NCBI GenBank assembly: GCA_039984955.1
Contig: JBDWTN010000008.1
Span: 23,506 to 87,505, forward strand
DNA length: 64,000 nucleotides
Source: Marinobacter alexandrii
GTDB taxonomy: Bacteria; Bacteroidota; Bacteroidia; Cytophagales; Cyclobacteriaceae
Direction of reading: 5' to 3'
In this document: one piece after another, positions 10,721 through 20,011 of the stretch
Numbering within the stretch: the stretch's first letter is position 1
Layout of the letters: every line of letters begins with the position of its first letter
Notes under the pieces: generated by a model
Databases searched by the model: none
What the model saw: only the letters and a program-made list of their open reading frames with translations
Told to the model about the DNA's origin: nothing
Translations under genes and position numbers: made by a program

Positions 10721-13700
10721 ATGGCAAAAGTTAAAAAGTTTGGAACTTTTGGTGGCGTCTTCGTCCCTTCAATATTGACTATTCTCGGTGTGATCATGTA
10801 CTTGAGGCTTCCTCAAATAGTAGGAGAGGCGGGATTATGGTATACACTAGGGATCATTGTAGTAGCGCATATCATTTCAGTGACCACAGGTCTCAGTATC
10901 TCCTCAATGGCGACCGATAAAAAAGTGGAAGCTGGAGGGCCTTACTACATCATCTCTCGAAGTTTAGGATTACCTATTGGAGGTACGTTAGGGCTTGCAC
11001 TTTTTGTGGGACTATCATTTAGCATAAGTCTATATTTAATTGGTTTTTCTGAAAGTTTTCTACCCTATTTTGGGTTTTCATCGGACATATCAAATATACG
11101 GATTGCTGGATCGTTGGCACTAATTGTACTAACCATAATTACTTTCATAAGCACGTCCCTTGCTATCAAAGCACAGTTCTTTATTTTGATAGCTATAGTT
11201 CTGTCTTTAATTTCTATTCTTTATGGACAGCACGAGTTCACTACAGAAAGTCCACTTTTTTATAGTTCTCCAAACGCTACTTCACTTATGGTGTTGTTTG
11301 GCATTTTCTTTCCTGCAGTAACTGGATTTAGTGCGGGAGTTAGCATGTCGGGCGACTTGGAAGACCCTAAAAGATCCATTCCCAAAGGAACAATTGCAGC
11401 CATCACTACGGGCTTCATTATTTATGTCGCTCTAGCCATATTCTTTTCGTTCACCGTAAGTAGAGAGGCACTGACCAATGATTCGCAGATACTTCTCAAC
11501 ACTGCATGGATACCTGAATTGGTCGTGGCGGGGATTTGGGGAGCTACACTTTCATCAGCATTGGGAAGTATTCTGGGTGCACCCAGAATTATGCAGGCTA
11601 TTGCAGTTGATAAAATCGGGTCAAAATTTTTCGCAAAAGGCCATGGACCAACCAAAGAACCTAGAAATGCTGTCTTGCTGGCATTCGTGATTGCAGAGGC
11701 AGGCATTCTCATCGGGGAACTTGATATTATTGCTCGAATTGTCTCCATCTTCTTCATAACAACTTATGGCTTTCTAAACATAAGCGCAGCATTTGAGAAA
11801 TGGACAAGCACTGACTATCGACCTGATTTCAAGGTTTCTGGGTGGGTTAGTTTGATAGGAGCAATTGCTTGCTTAGTGGTCATGATCCAGCTAGACTTGT
11901 TAGCACTACTTGGTGCTGTTTTAATCTTGGGTTTGACATACTTCCTTCTAAAAAAACGTGAACTCACTTTAGACTCTGGAGATGCGTGGAGTGGTGTTTG
12001 GGCCTCAGTGGTTAAAACAGGCTTAACCAATCTGATGAAACATAGTGTCAACAATCGAAACTGGAGGCCAAACGTGATCATGTTTAGCGGTAATCCAAAT
12101 AATCGTATTCACATGATAGAAATTGGGAAGGCAATTGTAGGCAAACTTGGAATTCTTACCGCTTTTGAACTAGTGAAAAGCGATGATCGCATTATGGCTA
12201 AGGCTGAGTCTGATCTTGAAAAAGGGAAAGACGCTATAGGATATTTTAAACACAAACTTCATTGCCGAGACATCTATTCAGGTATGGATCAGATTGCTCG
12301 TGTGTATGGCTTTTCCGGAGTAGAGCCAAATTCTATTTTGATGGGGTGGAGTAAGATTCCGACTAATGAAGATCGGTTTCTTGACTTGATCGAAAGTTTT
12401 GCTAGCCAAAATTTCAATACACTCTTTTTAAACTACGACCATGACAAAGGGTATGGAAACGGAAGCACCATTGATATCTGGTGGAGTGGTTCCGGACGAA
12501 ACCTATCACTTTCATTTGGCTTAGTAAGATCCATCACAAATTCTATCTTATGGAAAAGCGCGAAAGTAAGAGTGCTAATTATTAATCGGGCAGATGAAGA
12601 GTCAGAAACTATCTATAAAAATACGACAGCCATTCTGGATCGCTTTCGGTTACCTGCAGACGTGAAAATCATAGACAATGAAAAGGAGCAGTTAAGTGAC
12701 CTGGAAATCATATCCCGCGAATCAGAAAAAGCCGATCTTGTACTCCTGGGAGTGCCCGATCAGGAATTCAAAAACTTTGGAAAATCTTTCCATAAAATAA
12801 ATGAAATCGTTGAGAGTATTGGTAGCTCATTGATCATTAATGCATCGGAAGACTTTGAGGAACTGGAGGTAATAGATCAGCACAAACCTAAACTGGTTAC
12901 CAAATCAGGGGTACATTCATTGGCTATGCCGCCATTACCTGAATCAAATTATCAGGAGATAACCTCAGATATTTGGAAAATAGATCGAAATGGTCAGGAA
13001 GTTCTCGATCGATTTTACGTTCAAGCCTTCAAACCCATTTTTGATAGTAACCGCTCTTTCCTTGATGATCTTTCAAGTCGAATAGATTCTATTAAAAAAG
13101 AGGTTAAAAAAATTGAGGAAACACCAGAACTGCTCAAACGAAAGAAAGCCATAGATAAACTTAAAAATGAAAGCTTGTTTAAGCTGGATTTTTTTATCAA
13201 CGAAGAAGTCTCAGAGGTGAGTATCCCTTATCAGACAAAGCAATTGGAGGAAGGGATAAATTGGTATATCAATCAGTTTAAAGTGGATTTCAGAAGGTTT
13301 CCCAAATATTTTAAAATCAAGTATGCTGACAAAGACTTTGCCATCCATCAAGATGATAACTTGAGGATTAAGTCAATCAAAAGAGCGAAGAAATTTAAGC
13401 ACCTGATTGTTGGGAAGCCCATTACTCAGACTATTAATTATAGGGAGCTGGCAAGGTACTTTCAGTTAAGTACCAGAGTGATATTTCTAAAAAAACTACT
13501 TCAACAACTACTGAAGGATGAGACAAAATTTTACGAAAGTGCGCGAAAACTGATTGGCAACATTACAGATACGTTGAACAATATAGAAAGACAAATATGG
13601 GAAGAAGACAAGTTAGAATTACAAGAGATATTTCAACTTGAAATACTTATTAAGAAAACAAAAGAAGAACTTGAGTCACTAGCTTCACTCTATCAAAATA

Positions 13701-15766
13701 GATTGCTGGTCGAGTTTAGGAAGAACCTGATCCTGATGCAAAAAGATATGGAGCGGTTGGATACGGATCACCTAGTTCAAAAGAGGTCGAAAGCAAAAAA
13801 AAATTATGCCCGTAACGAAAACTTCCTAAAAGATTTTTCTGAGAGATTTGAAGTAAACGCCCACACAATAGTCAACTTATTGGTTCTTGAGTTAAAAGTC
13901 CATGCAATAAGGAATAGACAAGAAACTGAGATCATGGATTTCTGTGAAAACATGAAAATGGTTATTCACTCGCAATACGTGAAAAAAGCAGAAGTCATCT
14001 GCTCATCAATAACTCAAAATGATTCTGAAAAGGCTTTTAAGATAAAGTTGGATGTGGATTTCGAGACTGAGTTACAAGAGCAGTTTGAAGAGCATGAGGC
14101 AAAAATTATTTCCTTAATAGAGGAACTTCCAGAGAAAATTGAAATATTCTCGCTCTTACATAGTGATCACGAACCTGTTTCTATTCCGGTCTCAAGAATG
14201 GCCGAATACTATATTAAGTCCAGATATGAATCTCCCTCGGAAGAAAGATTTGAGCAATTAATGGATTCCCTTAAAAGAGCCATTTTAACCACACAAGACA
14301 CCATAAGCCTAGCTCAGTTTAACCTGGAAAATGAAGAACAGACAGTAAGCACAACCCAGGAGATTCTCGAAGGATGTAAAGCAAAAGTTGAAAAAGAGAA
14401 AAACAAATTCATTCAGCTTTTAGAAGATTTCCCAAGAGATAGTGAGAAACTACTCGAAAGTGCTTATGAACCTCTGGAGTCAATCCGAATTGAAGAAAGC
14501 GCAGAGGATTACACCAGCGGACTTAGGGTTTATCAAGGTCAGCAGGTCCTATCAGGTGTGGAGGCATTGTTAGAAAGAACCAAACAAGTCATTCGAAGAG
14601 CTATTACTAAATTGCTTTATAGACGTAGTGAAGCGACTTTATATGCAAGCAAGCTTGGAGGAAGTCAAAAACAAGCTTCTGCCAATAGTATGTTACTCGA
14701 TTTGAAAGAGCAGTTGAGTCCACCCATCAAAGGCATAGAGCCACTGCCTCAGTACTACACGAGCCTCTTCAATGGGAAGTCAAATATCAGTAAGGATCTT
14801 TGGATCAAACGTCCTATTGAAGAAGGTTTGTTTAAGAAGGCAGTGAAACGACACAGAGGTGGATATAGTGGTGGAATATTGGTATTAGGTGATCGCAACT
14901 CAGGTAAAACTGCTTTTGCTAAGCACGTAACACAACAAATATTTAAAAGCAGTAGTGTTTTTCACCTGTTTCCTCCTATTCCAGGCACGACTTCCATTGA
15001 AGGATTTGAAAAATCGCTTGCTAAAGCATTACAAAAAAGAGGCACATCACAGCAAATGCTCTCCAGAGTAGCCAAAAGCAGTATATTAATTATTCATGAT
15101 CTAGAGCTTTTCTGGGAGCGGTCTGAAGATGGATTGGAGGTAATCAACTTGATTGGAAAGCTGATAGATCAATTTGGAGACAAAGTGCTGTTTGTGGCTA
15201 ATATGAATGCGTATGCATACAAATTGATCAATGAACTTACAGCAGTGGAAGATCATTTCATTGAGATTATCAATATGGCACCTTTCGATGCAGAGGAGCT
15301 CGGTGAATTGGTACTTAAAAGACACAAGTCAAGCGGGCTGAAGATACATTTTGATGAAAAATCGGACCAGTTAAATGAGTTACAATTGGCTTCTCTTTTC
15401 CACAGTTATTTCAAGTACAGTCACGGAAGTCCTGGAGTAGCACTAAATGGTTGGTTATCTAATATTCATAAGGCAAACAAAGAATACATCTGTGTTCAAA
15501 AACCTGACTACCCTTCATTAGAGGTATTTGATAAATTAAGTGATGACTGGACCATGCTGATCATTCAGTTTGTACTGCACAAGCGACTTTCAATTCCAAA
15601 AATCATTCGGATTACGGAGTGGAGTGAAGGACAGGTAGTGGAAAAAATACTTGCAATGCAGAGATCAGGTTTAATCACAGAGAAAACAGGAGGCATTTAC
15701 AACCTCGATCCGGTGATGTATTCATTCATCCTTGATGCATTAAAAGAAAGAGAGGTGCTTCTATGA
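10721..15766 (+). CDS. fusion protein: SLC12/cation-chloride-cotransporter-like APC permease + coiled-coil region + P-loop (AAA+/STAND-like) ATPase + winged-helix tail
   Basis: Uninterrupted 1681-aa ORF. The N-terminus has FGTFGGVFVPSILTILGVIMYLRLPQIVGEAG and GGPYYIISRSLG, typical of CCC/SLC12 permeases. A cytosolic CCC-type C-domain runs to about aa 740. About 600 aa of E/K-rich helical sequence follows. Walker A is GDRNSGKT (nt 14888-14911) and the Walker B-like motif is ILIIHDLE (D at 15098). A lid-like APFDAEELGELVLKRH and a C-terminal wHTH-like IPKIIRITEWSEGQVVEKILAMQRSGLITE complete it. Confidence 0.8.
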   Translation: MAKVKKFGTFGGVFVPSILTILGVIMYLRLPQIVGEAGLWYTLGIIVVAHIISVTTGLSISSMATDKKVEAGGPYYIISRSLGLPIGGTLGLALFVGLSFSISLYLIGFSESFLPYFGFSSDISNIRIAGSLALIVLTIITFISTSLAIKAQFFILIAIVLSLISILYGQHEFTTESPLFYSSPNATSLMVLFGIFFPAVTGFSAGVSMSGDLEDPKRSIPKGTIAAITTGFIIYVALAIFFSFTVSREALTNDSQILLNTAWIPELVVAGIWGATLSSALGSILGAPRIMQAIAVDKIGSKFFAKGHGPTKEPRNAVLLAFVIAEAGILIGELDIIARIVSIFFITTYGFLNISAAFEKWTSTDYRPDFKVSGWVSLIGAIACLVVMIQLDLLALLGAVLILGLTYFLLKKRELTLDSGDAWSGVWASVVKTGLTNLMKHSVNNRNWRPNVIMFSGNPNNRIHMIEIGKAIVGKLGILTAFELVKSDDRIMAKAESDLEKGKDAIGYFKHKLHCRDIYSGMDQIARVYGFSGVEPNSILMGWSKIPTNEDRFLDLIESFASQNFNTLFLNYDHDKGYGNGSTIDIWWSGSGRNLSLSFGLVRSITNSILWKSAKVRVLIINRADEESETIYKNTTAILDRFRLPADVKIIDNEKEQLSDLEIISRESEKADLVLLGVPDQEFKNFGKSFHKINEIVESIGSSLIINASEDFEELEVIDQHKPKLVTKSGVHSLAMPPLPESNYQEITSDIWKIDRNGQEVLDRFYVQAFKPIFDSNRSFLDDLSSRIDSIKKEVKKIEETPELLKRKKAIDKLKNESLFKLDFFINEEVSEVSIPYQTKQLEEGINWYINQFKVDFRRFPKYFKIKYADKDFAIHQDDNLRIKSIKRAKKFKHLIVGKPITQTINYRELARYFQLSTRVIFLKKLLQQLLKDETKFYESARKLIGNITDTLNNIERQIWEEDKLELQEIFQLEILIKKTKEELESLASLYQNRLLVEFRKNLILMQKDMERLDTDHLVQKRSKAKKNYARNENFLKDFSERFEVNAHTIVNLLVLELKVHAIRNRQETEIMDFCENMKMVIHSQYVKKAEVICSSITQNDSEKAFKIKLDVDFETELQEQFEEHEAKIISLIEELPEKIEIFSLLHSDHEPVSIPVSRMAEYYIKSRYESPSEERFEQLMDSLKRAILTTQDTISLAQFNLENEEQTVSTTQEILEGCKAKVEKEKNKFIQLLEDFPRDSEKLLESAYEPLESIRIEESAEDYTSGLRVYQGQQVLSGVEALLERTKQVIRRAITKLLYRRSEATLYASKLGGSQKQASANSMLLDLKEQLSPPIKGIEPLPQYYTSLFNGKSNISKDLWIKRPIEEGLFKKAVKRHRGGYSGGILVLGDRNSGKTAFAKHVTQQIFKSSSVFHLFPPIPGTTSIEGFEKSLAKALQKRGTSQQMLSRVAKSSILIIHDLELFWERSEDGLEVINLIGKLIDQFGDKVLFVANMNAYAYKLINELTAVEDHFIEIINMAPFDAEELGELVLKRHKSSGLKIHFDEKSDQLNELQLASLFHSYFKYSHGSPGVALNGWLSNIHKANKEYICVQKPDYPSLEVFDKLSDDWTMLIIQFVLHKRLSIPKIIRITEWSEGQVVEKILAMQRSGLITEKTGGIYNLDPVMYSFILDALKEREVLL

Positions 15767-16056
15767 ATTGGAAAAAGCCATTAATAAAAATTCGTTCCTT
15801 TATAAGAGGAACTAAAATTCAGACTGATCCAAAGAAAGAATCAACCTCTTCGGTGATCTATTCCTTCTCGATTTCTTATTCATTGGTGGATCTGAGAGAT
15901 TTGAAGGTGTTGATACTTAATAGTCCCTGGTGTCTTGATATTCCGAAAATCAGTATTGCCGATAGCGCTTATTTGATAGATGTGGCAGTCTTGAGCGAAG
16001 AAAAAGGAAGGTTGATTGAAGCGGCGTTTAACGCTTCAATGAACACAAATGAGTAA
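15763..16056 (+). CDS. hypothetical protein, translationally coupled to the transporter-ATPase fusion
   Basis: 97-aa ORF whose ATG overlaps the stop of the 1681-aa ORF (ATGA, 4-nt overlap). No family recognised. Confidence 0.45.
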   Translation: MNWKKPLIKIRSFIRGTKIQTDPKKESTSSVIYSFSISYSLVDLRDLKVLILNSPWCLDIPKISIADSAYLIDVAVLSEEKGRLIEAAFNASMNTNE

Positions 16057-16154
16057 CATAAGAAAATTCAATTTACGATTCTTATTTCCCCTTCCGGATC
16101 CAGTTGTTTCTTGGCAAGGATACTTATGTTTGAATCGTTAAAAACCTTGGCATC

Positions 16155-17507
16155 ATGATACAAGAAATAAAACCCTGGGAAATTCTCAAAGAGTATCTTG
16201 AGATAGAGTCAATAGATGAAATTAAAAAGTATCTGGATCTACTGGCCGCAGAAGATATTGTTGGTTTAGTCAGTCATCTTAGTGAGACACAAAGACTCAA
16301 ACTCTTATCCCTCCTGACACCAGAAGACGCAGCTGAACTGATAGAGGATTTACCTTGGGTTCAGGCAATAGAGCTCATCAAGGATATGAACAGCAAAGAA
16401 GCTGCTGCTATCATTGCGGAACTTCCAAGTGATGAGCAGGCCGACTTTTTAGGTGAAATGTCTGAGCAAGGAGCAGCGGCCATTATGCTGGAAATGCCTG
16501 AAAAAGAAGCTGAAAACATCCGAGAACTCATTCAATATGAAGATGATTCTGCTGGAGGACTGATGGTAACAGAATTCCTCTCTTTTGAGGAAGAGGTTAC
16601 TGTTGGAGAGGTAGTAAAAGACTTGCAATCCAATGCAGAGAAATATGAAAAATACCATCTGCAATACATTTATGTAACGCATAATAGGCAGTTTTCAGGT
16701 GTGCTAAATATGCGTGCATTGTTGCTATCCAAACCCACAGTGGAGCTCTCTGAGATTGTACTGAGAAATGCCTTGACGGTACAAGACAAAGACTCACTGG
16801 AAGACCTGATTAAGTTTTTTGATACCAATGATTTCTATGGTGTACCAGTTGTAGACGATCGATTACAATTGAAAGGAGTCGTGCTTAGAAAAGATCTAAG
16901 AGAGGCTCAAACCGAACAAGTGAATGTGGAGCACCTGGAGACTCAAGGTATTGTCGGCGGGGAAGAGCTTAGGACTATGTCGGTATGGTTGCGGGCAAGA
17001 AGAAGACTTTCCTGGTTGAGTGTAAACATCCTACTCAATATCGCTGCAGCAAGCATAATAGCAGTTTATCAAGATACTCTCTCAGCAGTAATTGCCCTTG
17101 CCGTTTTCTTACCTATCATTTCAGATATGAGTGGTTGTTCAGGTAATCAGGCTGTTGCTGTGAGTCTAAGAGAGCTTTCGCTTGGTGTCGTCCGCCCTTA
17201 CGAGGTAACCAGAGTATGGATACAAGAAATATCCGTAGGACTTTTGAATGGTCTTGTGTTAGGAACACTTATTGGAGTGGCTGCATGGCTATGGCAAGGG
17301 AATATTTATCTTGGATTAGTAGTAGGTGGCGCGCTTTCGATCAATACACTAGTAGCTGTATCTCTAGGGGGCACTATTCCACTTATATTAAAAAGAATGA
17401 ATGTAGATCCTGCATTAGCTTCAGGACCTATTTTGACAACAGTGACGGATATGTTCGGCTTCTTTTTAGCATTGACCTTTGCCGGAATGATGATAGGAAA
17501 TTTGTAA
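16155..17507 (+). CDS. mgtE: magnesium transporter MgtE
   Basis: Acidic helical N-domain, then a tandem CBS region (GGLMVTEF..., FYGVPVVDD...). The C-terminal 5-TM channel domain carries LPIISDMSGCSGNQ and GPILTTVTDMFGFF. Confidence 0.9.
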   Translation: MIQEIKPWEILKEYLEIESIDEIKKYLDLLAAEDIVGLVSHLSETQRLKLLSLLTPEDAAELIEDLPWVQAIELIKDMNSKEAAAIIAELPSDEQADFLGEMSEQGAAAIMLEMPEKEAENIRELIQYEDDSAGGLMVTEFLSFEEEVTVGEVVKDLQSNAEKYEKYHLQYIYVTHNRQFSGVLNMRALLLSKPTVELSEIVLRNALTVQDKDSLEDLIKFFDTNDFYGVPVVDDRLQLKGVVLRKDLREAQTEQVNVEHLETQGIVGGEELRTMSVWLRARRRLSWLSVNILLNIAAASIIAVYQDTLSAVIALAVFLPIISDMSGCSGNQAVAVSLRELSLGVVRPYEVTRVWIQEISVGLLNGLVLGTLIGVAAWLWQGNIYLGLVVGGALSINTLVAVSLGGTIPLILKRMNVDPALASGPILTTVTDMFGFFLALTFAGMMIGNL

Positions 17508-17972
17508 TTGATAGAGTATACATTATGAATCAATCATTACTTCGTGTAGATACTAAGTGAGTTCAAGGAAATACATATAAGGGCATACTCTTACACCAAA
17601 TTAGCTTCAGGATACCTCCATGAATGCTTTAATACATGGAACTTGGATACAGCAGCGGTCATAATACTGCTCTTTTCAAGAGCTCTCACCGCTGATGAGA
17701 TAAAAATTCATGCGACAAAATAGCAAAGAGGTTATTGCTTGATTTCAAATAAATATACTAAGAAGACTAGAAGATTGAGCGGAGGTGTTGCTTAGGGCTA
17801 TCCTTTTTCAATTTCCACAGTTGCCGATAACTTCGGGATAACATGCACTGTGCACGTTATTTACTTTTTTTATTAAAAGTTTCATTTACATCATTATTAG
17901 AGGGGTATACTCCGCTCTATCGTGTTGCCAAATCTATAGTATCGATGGGATAGATGATATCCAATCAAACGG

Positions 17973-18902
17973 TCAATTCATATTAAGCGACTTCCTAAAT
18001 TCCAATGGTGATTGATTCGTCTTTGATTTAAATAGTTTGCTAAAGGATTGTGGGTACTCAAACCCTAATTCATAGGCAATTTGGCTAACAGATAGACCTG
18101 TTGTAGAGAGCTTTTCCTTTGCAAGGTCAATTAATTTATTGTGGATGTAGTGCTGTGTCGACTGACCCGTCAAATGCTTTAACAATGAGCTTAAATAATT
18201 GGAAGTTAAGTTCAATTGATCTGCAATATCCTTTACTGATGGCATCCCTCGCTCTATGAAATTTTCATTTCTAAAATATTCGTCAATTATGTCTTCAAAC
18301 CTTTCTAGAATACGATGGTTCATCGGCTTGCGGGTTATAAATTGACGTTCGTAAAAACGATTGGAATAGGCTAATAAAGTACCCAATTGGGAGACAATAA
18401 TTTGTTGGCTATGCTTATCGATGACGGATTGATACTCATTCTCTATGCTTATTATGATTGTATTTAATACATGTTCTTCCTTTTCAGATAAAAAAAGCGC
18501 CTCATGTGTGGAATACTTAAAAAACTCATAGCTCCTAATCGTTTTTGCTAATGGCGTTCCAAATAAAAAATCAGGATGAACAAGCATCATCCACCCGGAC
18601 TTTTGGATGGTTTCATTTTCCTCTCCCTCAATGCTAAGAAGCTGTCCTGGTGCAATGAAAAACATCACACCTTCGTCATAATCGTATTGATTCTGACCGT
18701 ATTTCATCCTGAAGTGAGGATCAGAACTTCTCTTTATAGCAATAAGATAAAAGTCAAAGACCCAACTTTTATGTTGATCTTCCTGCAAAATCTTTACGTC
18801 ACGATAATTGACAATACTGATCAAAGGATGTACTGGCTTCCCCAAACCACGAACCTTGTGATACTGATTGATTGATTTTATATGATGAGGTTCTGTGGAC
18901 AT
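17973..18902 (-). CDS. AraC family transcriptional regulator
   Basis: C-terminal double HTH (VKDIADQLNLTSNYLSSLLK..., VSQIAYELGFEYPQSFSKLFKSKTNQSPLEFR) with an N-terminal cupin-like effector domain. Confidence 0.85.
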   Translation of the reverse strand: MSTEPHHIKSINQYHKVRGLGKPVHPLISIVNYRDVKILQEDQHKSWVFDFYLIAIKRSSDPHFRMKYGQNQYDYDEGVMFFIAPGQLLSIEGEENETIQKSGWMMLVHPDFLFGTPLAKTIRSYEFFKYSTHEALFLSEKEEHVLNTIIISIENEYQSVIDKHSQQIIVSQLGTLLAYSNRFYERQFITRKPMNHRILERFEDIIDEYFRNENFIERGMPSVKDIADQLNLTSNYLSSLLKHLTGQSTQHYIHNKLIDLAKEKLSTTGLSVSQIAYELGFEYPQSFSKLFKSKTNQSPLEFRKSLNMN

Positions 18903-18930
18903 TATTACTAGGTATCGCTTTTATCTAATT

Positions 18931-19838
18931 TTAGGCATTTTCATAGGCAGCTGCAAATTCTTGAGCAAAATCTTCCAGCTTTACTTTGCCCATTTCTGCA
19001 GGTTTGTTTTTGTAGTAATCTTCATACAATAATCCGCTATGAATGGCCGTATACATTTCCACCATTTGCTTCGCTATTTTCGGTTGCATTCCACCACCTT
19101 CTAAGCTTTCTTGAAGTTGTTCGTTTGGAATCATCATCCATTTCAGGTCAGGCTTACCAATAACTGAACCAAGCGTTCTTGCCAGTTCTCTGTACATCAA
19201 TTCTTCACTTGCTACATATTGCACTTTTCTCCCTGATGAAGGAGTGTTGATCTCTTCAACCACACAATCTGCGATATCCAGAGGCGACACCCATACATTC
19301 ACGTCATTTTCTGCCAGGTTGCTGGCTATAATCCCATGATTCTTAATTAAACCGATAAACTGAATAGATTGTAGTAAATCTCTGTAGGTCTTATATGCGT
19401 AACATCTACATCCTGAGGTAGCTTATTTAGTCTTTGTTCTACATGATAGGTGCCTTCTAAGATCCCATTACCTTTCGCTAGATGTGCACCAATACTGCTC
19501 ATGTTTAAAACCCGTTTTACTCCAGCCTGCCTAATTGCTTCAGCAAAGTAGTTTCCAAGCTCCTTGAAATGCCCAAGTAAGTCCAAGTCATGATCGAAAT
19601 AGTTAGCTGGTGGAACCATAGTGTAAACAACATCTGCCCCTCGGAAAGTAGAAGCTAAAAAGGGAGTGTCTTGTAAGTTTCCGATAGCAGGCGTAGCTCC
19701 CAATGCTGAGATTTCAGTGCTTCTTTCCGGATTACTACTAATGACGGTAACCGAATGCCCATCCTTTACCAATTGTTCGGTCAATGGCTTACCGATATTC
19801 CCTAAAGAGCCTGTTAAAACTAGATTTAATTTTTGCAT
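18931..19838 (-). pseudogene. NmrA-like/SDR NAD(P)-binding oxidoreductase, interrupted by a 1-nt frameshift
   Basis: The N-terminal ORF (19347-19838) starts with a Rossmann motif, LVLTGSLGNIGKPL. The C-terminal ORF (18931-19302) continues the same family. The C-terminal frame is already open and family-like upstream (..FIGLIKNHGIIASNLAENDVNVWVSPLD). It meets the N-terminal frame (..EIYYNLFS) at about 19355-19362. Confidence 0.7.
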
Positions 19839-20011
19839 GATTCCGTTTTTGTTTATACAAAACTCAGAATTAGCCAGGAGATATTATTAATCGAATCTAT
19901 GGAGGTTGTGTTTAAAACTAGGATTAGATAATGGTAACTTTCCGAGGGGCTTAAAAAAGCGCCAGTTTGAGTGGGAACTCCTGTATGAAAATAGCTTAAC
20001 AATCTTTACAG

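Noticed and set aside
11422-11757. Antisense and alternate-frame ORFs inside long genes. Examples are 1970-2245, 11422-11757, 32620-32943, 39021-39464, 42182-42502, 43127-43432 and 63581-63907.
   Set aside because: They are fully embedded in strongly supported genes, with low-complexity or biased translations typical of shadow frames.
16057-16154. Possible Mg2+ (M-box) riboswitch upstream of mgtE.
   Set aside because: The leader is only ~100 nt and shows none of the conserved M-box helices or motifs I know.
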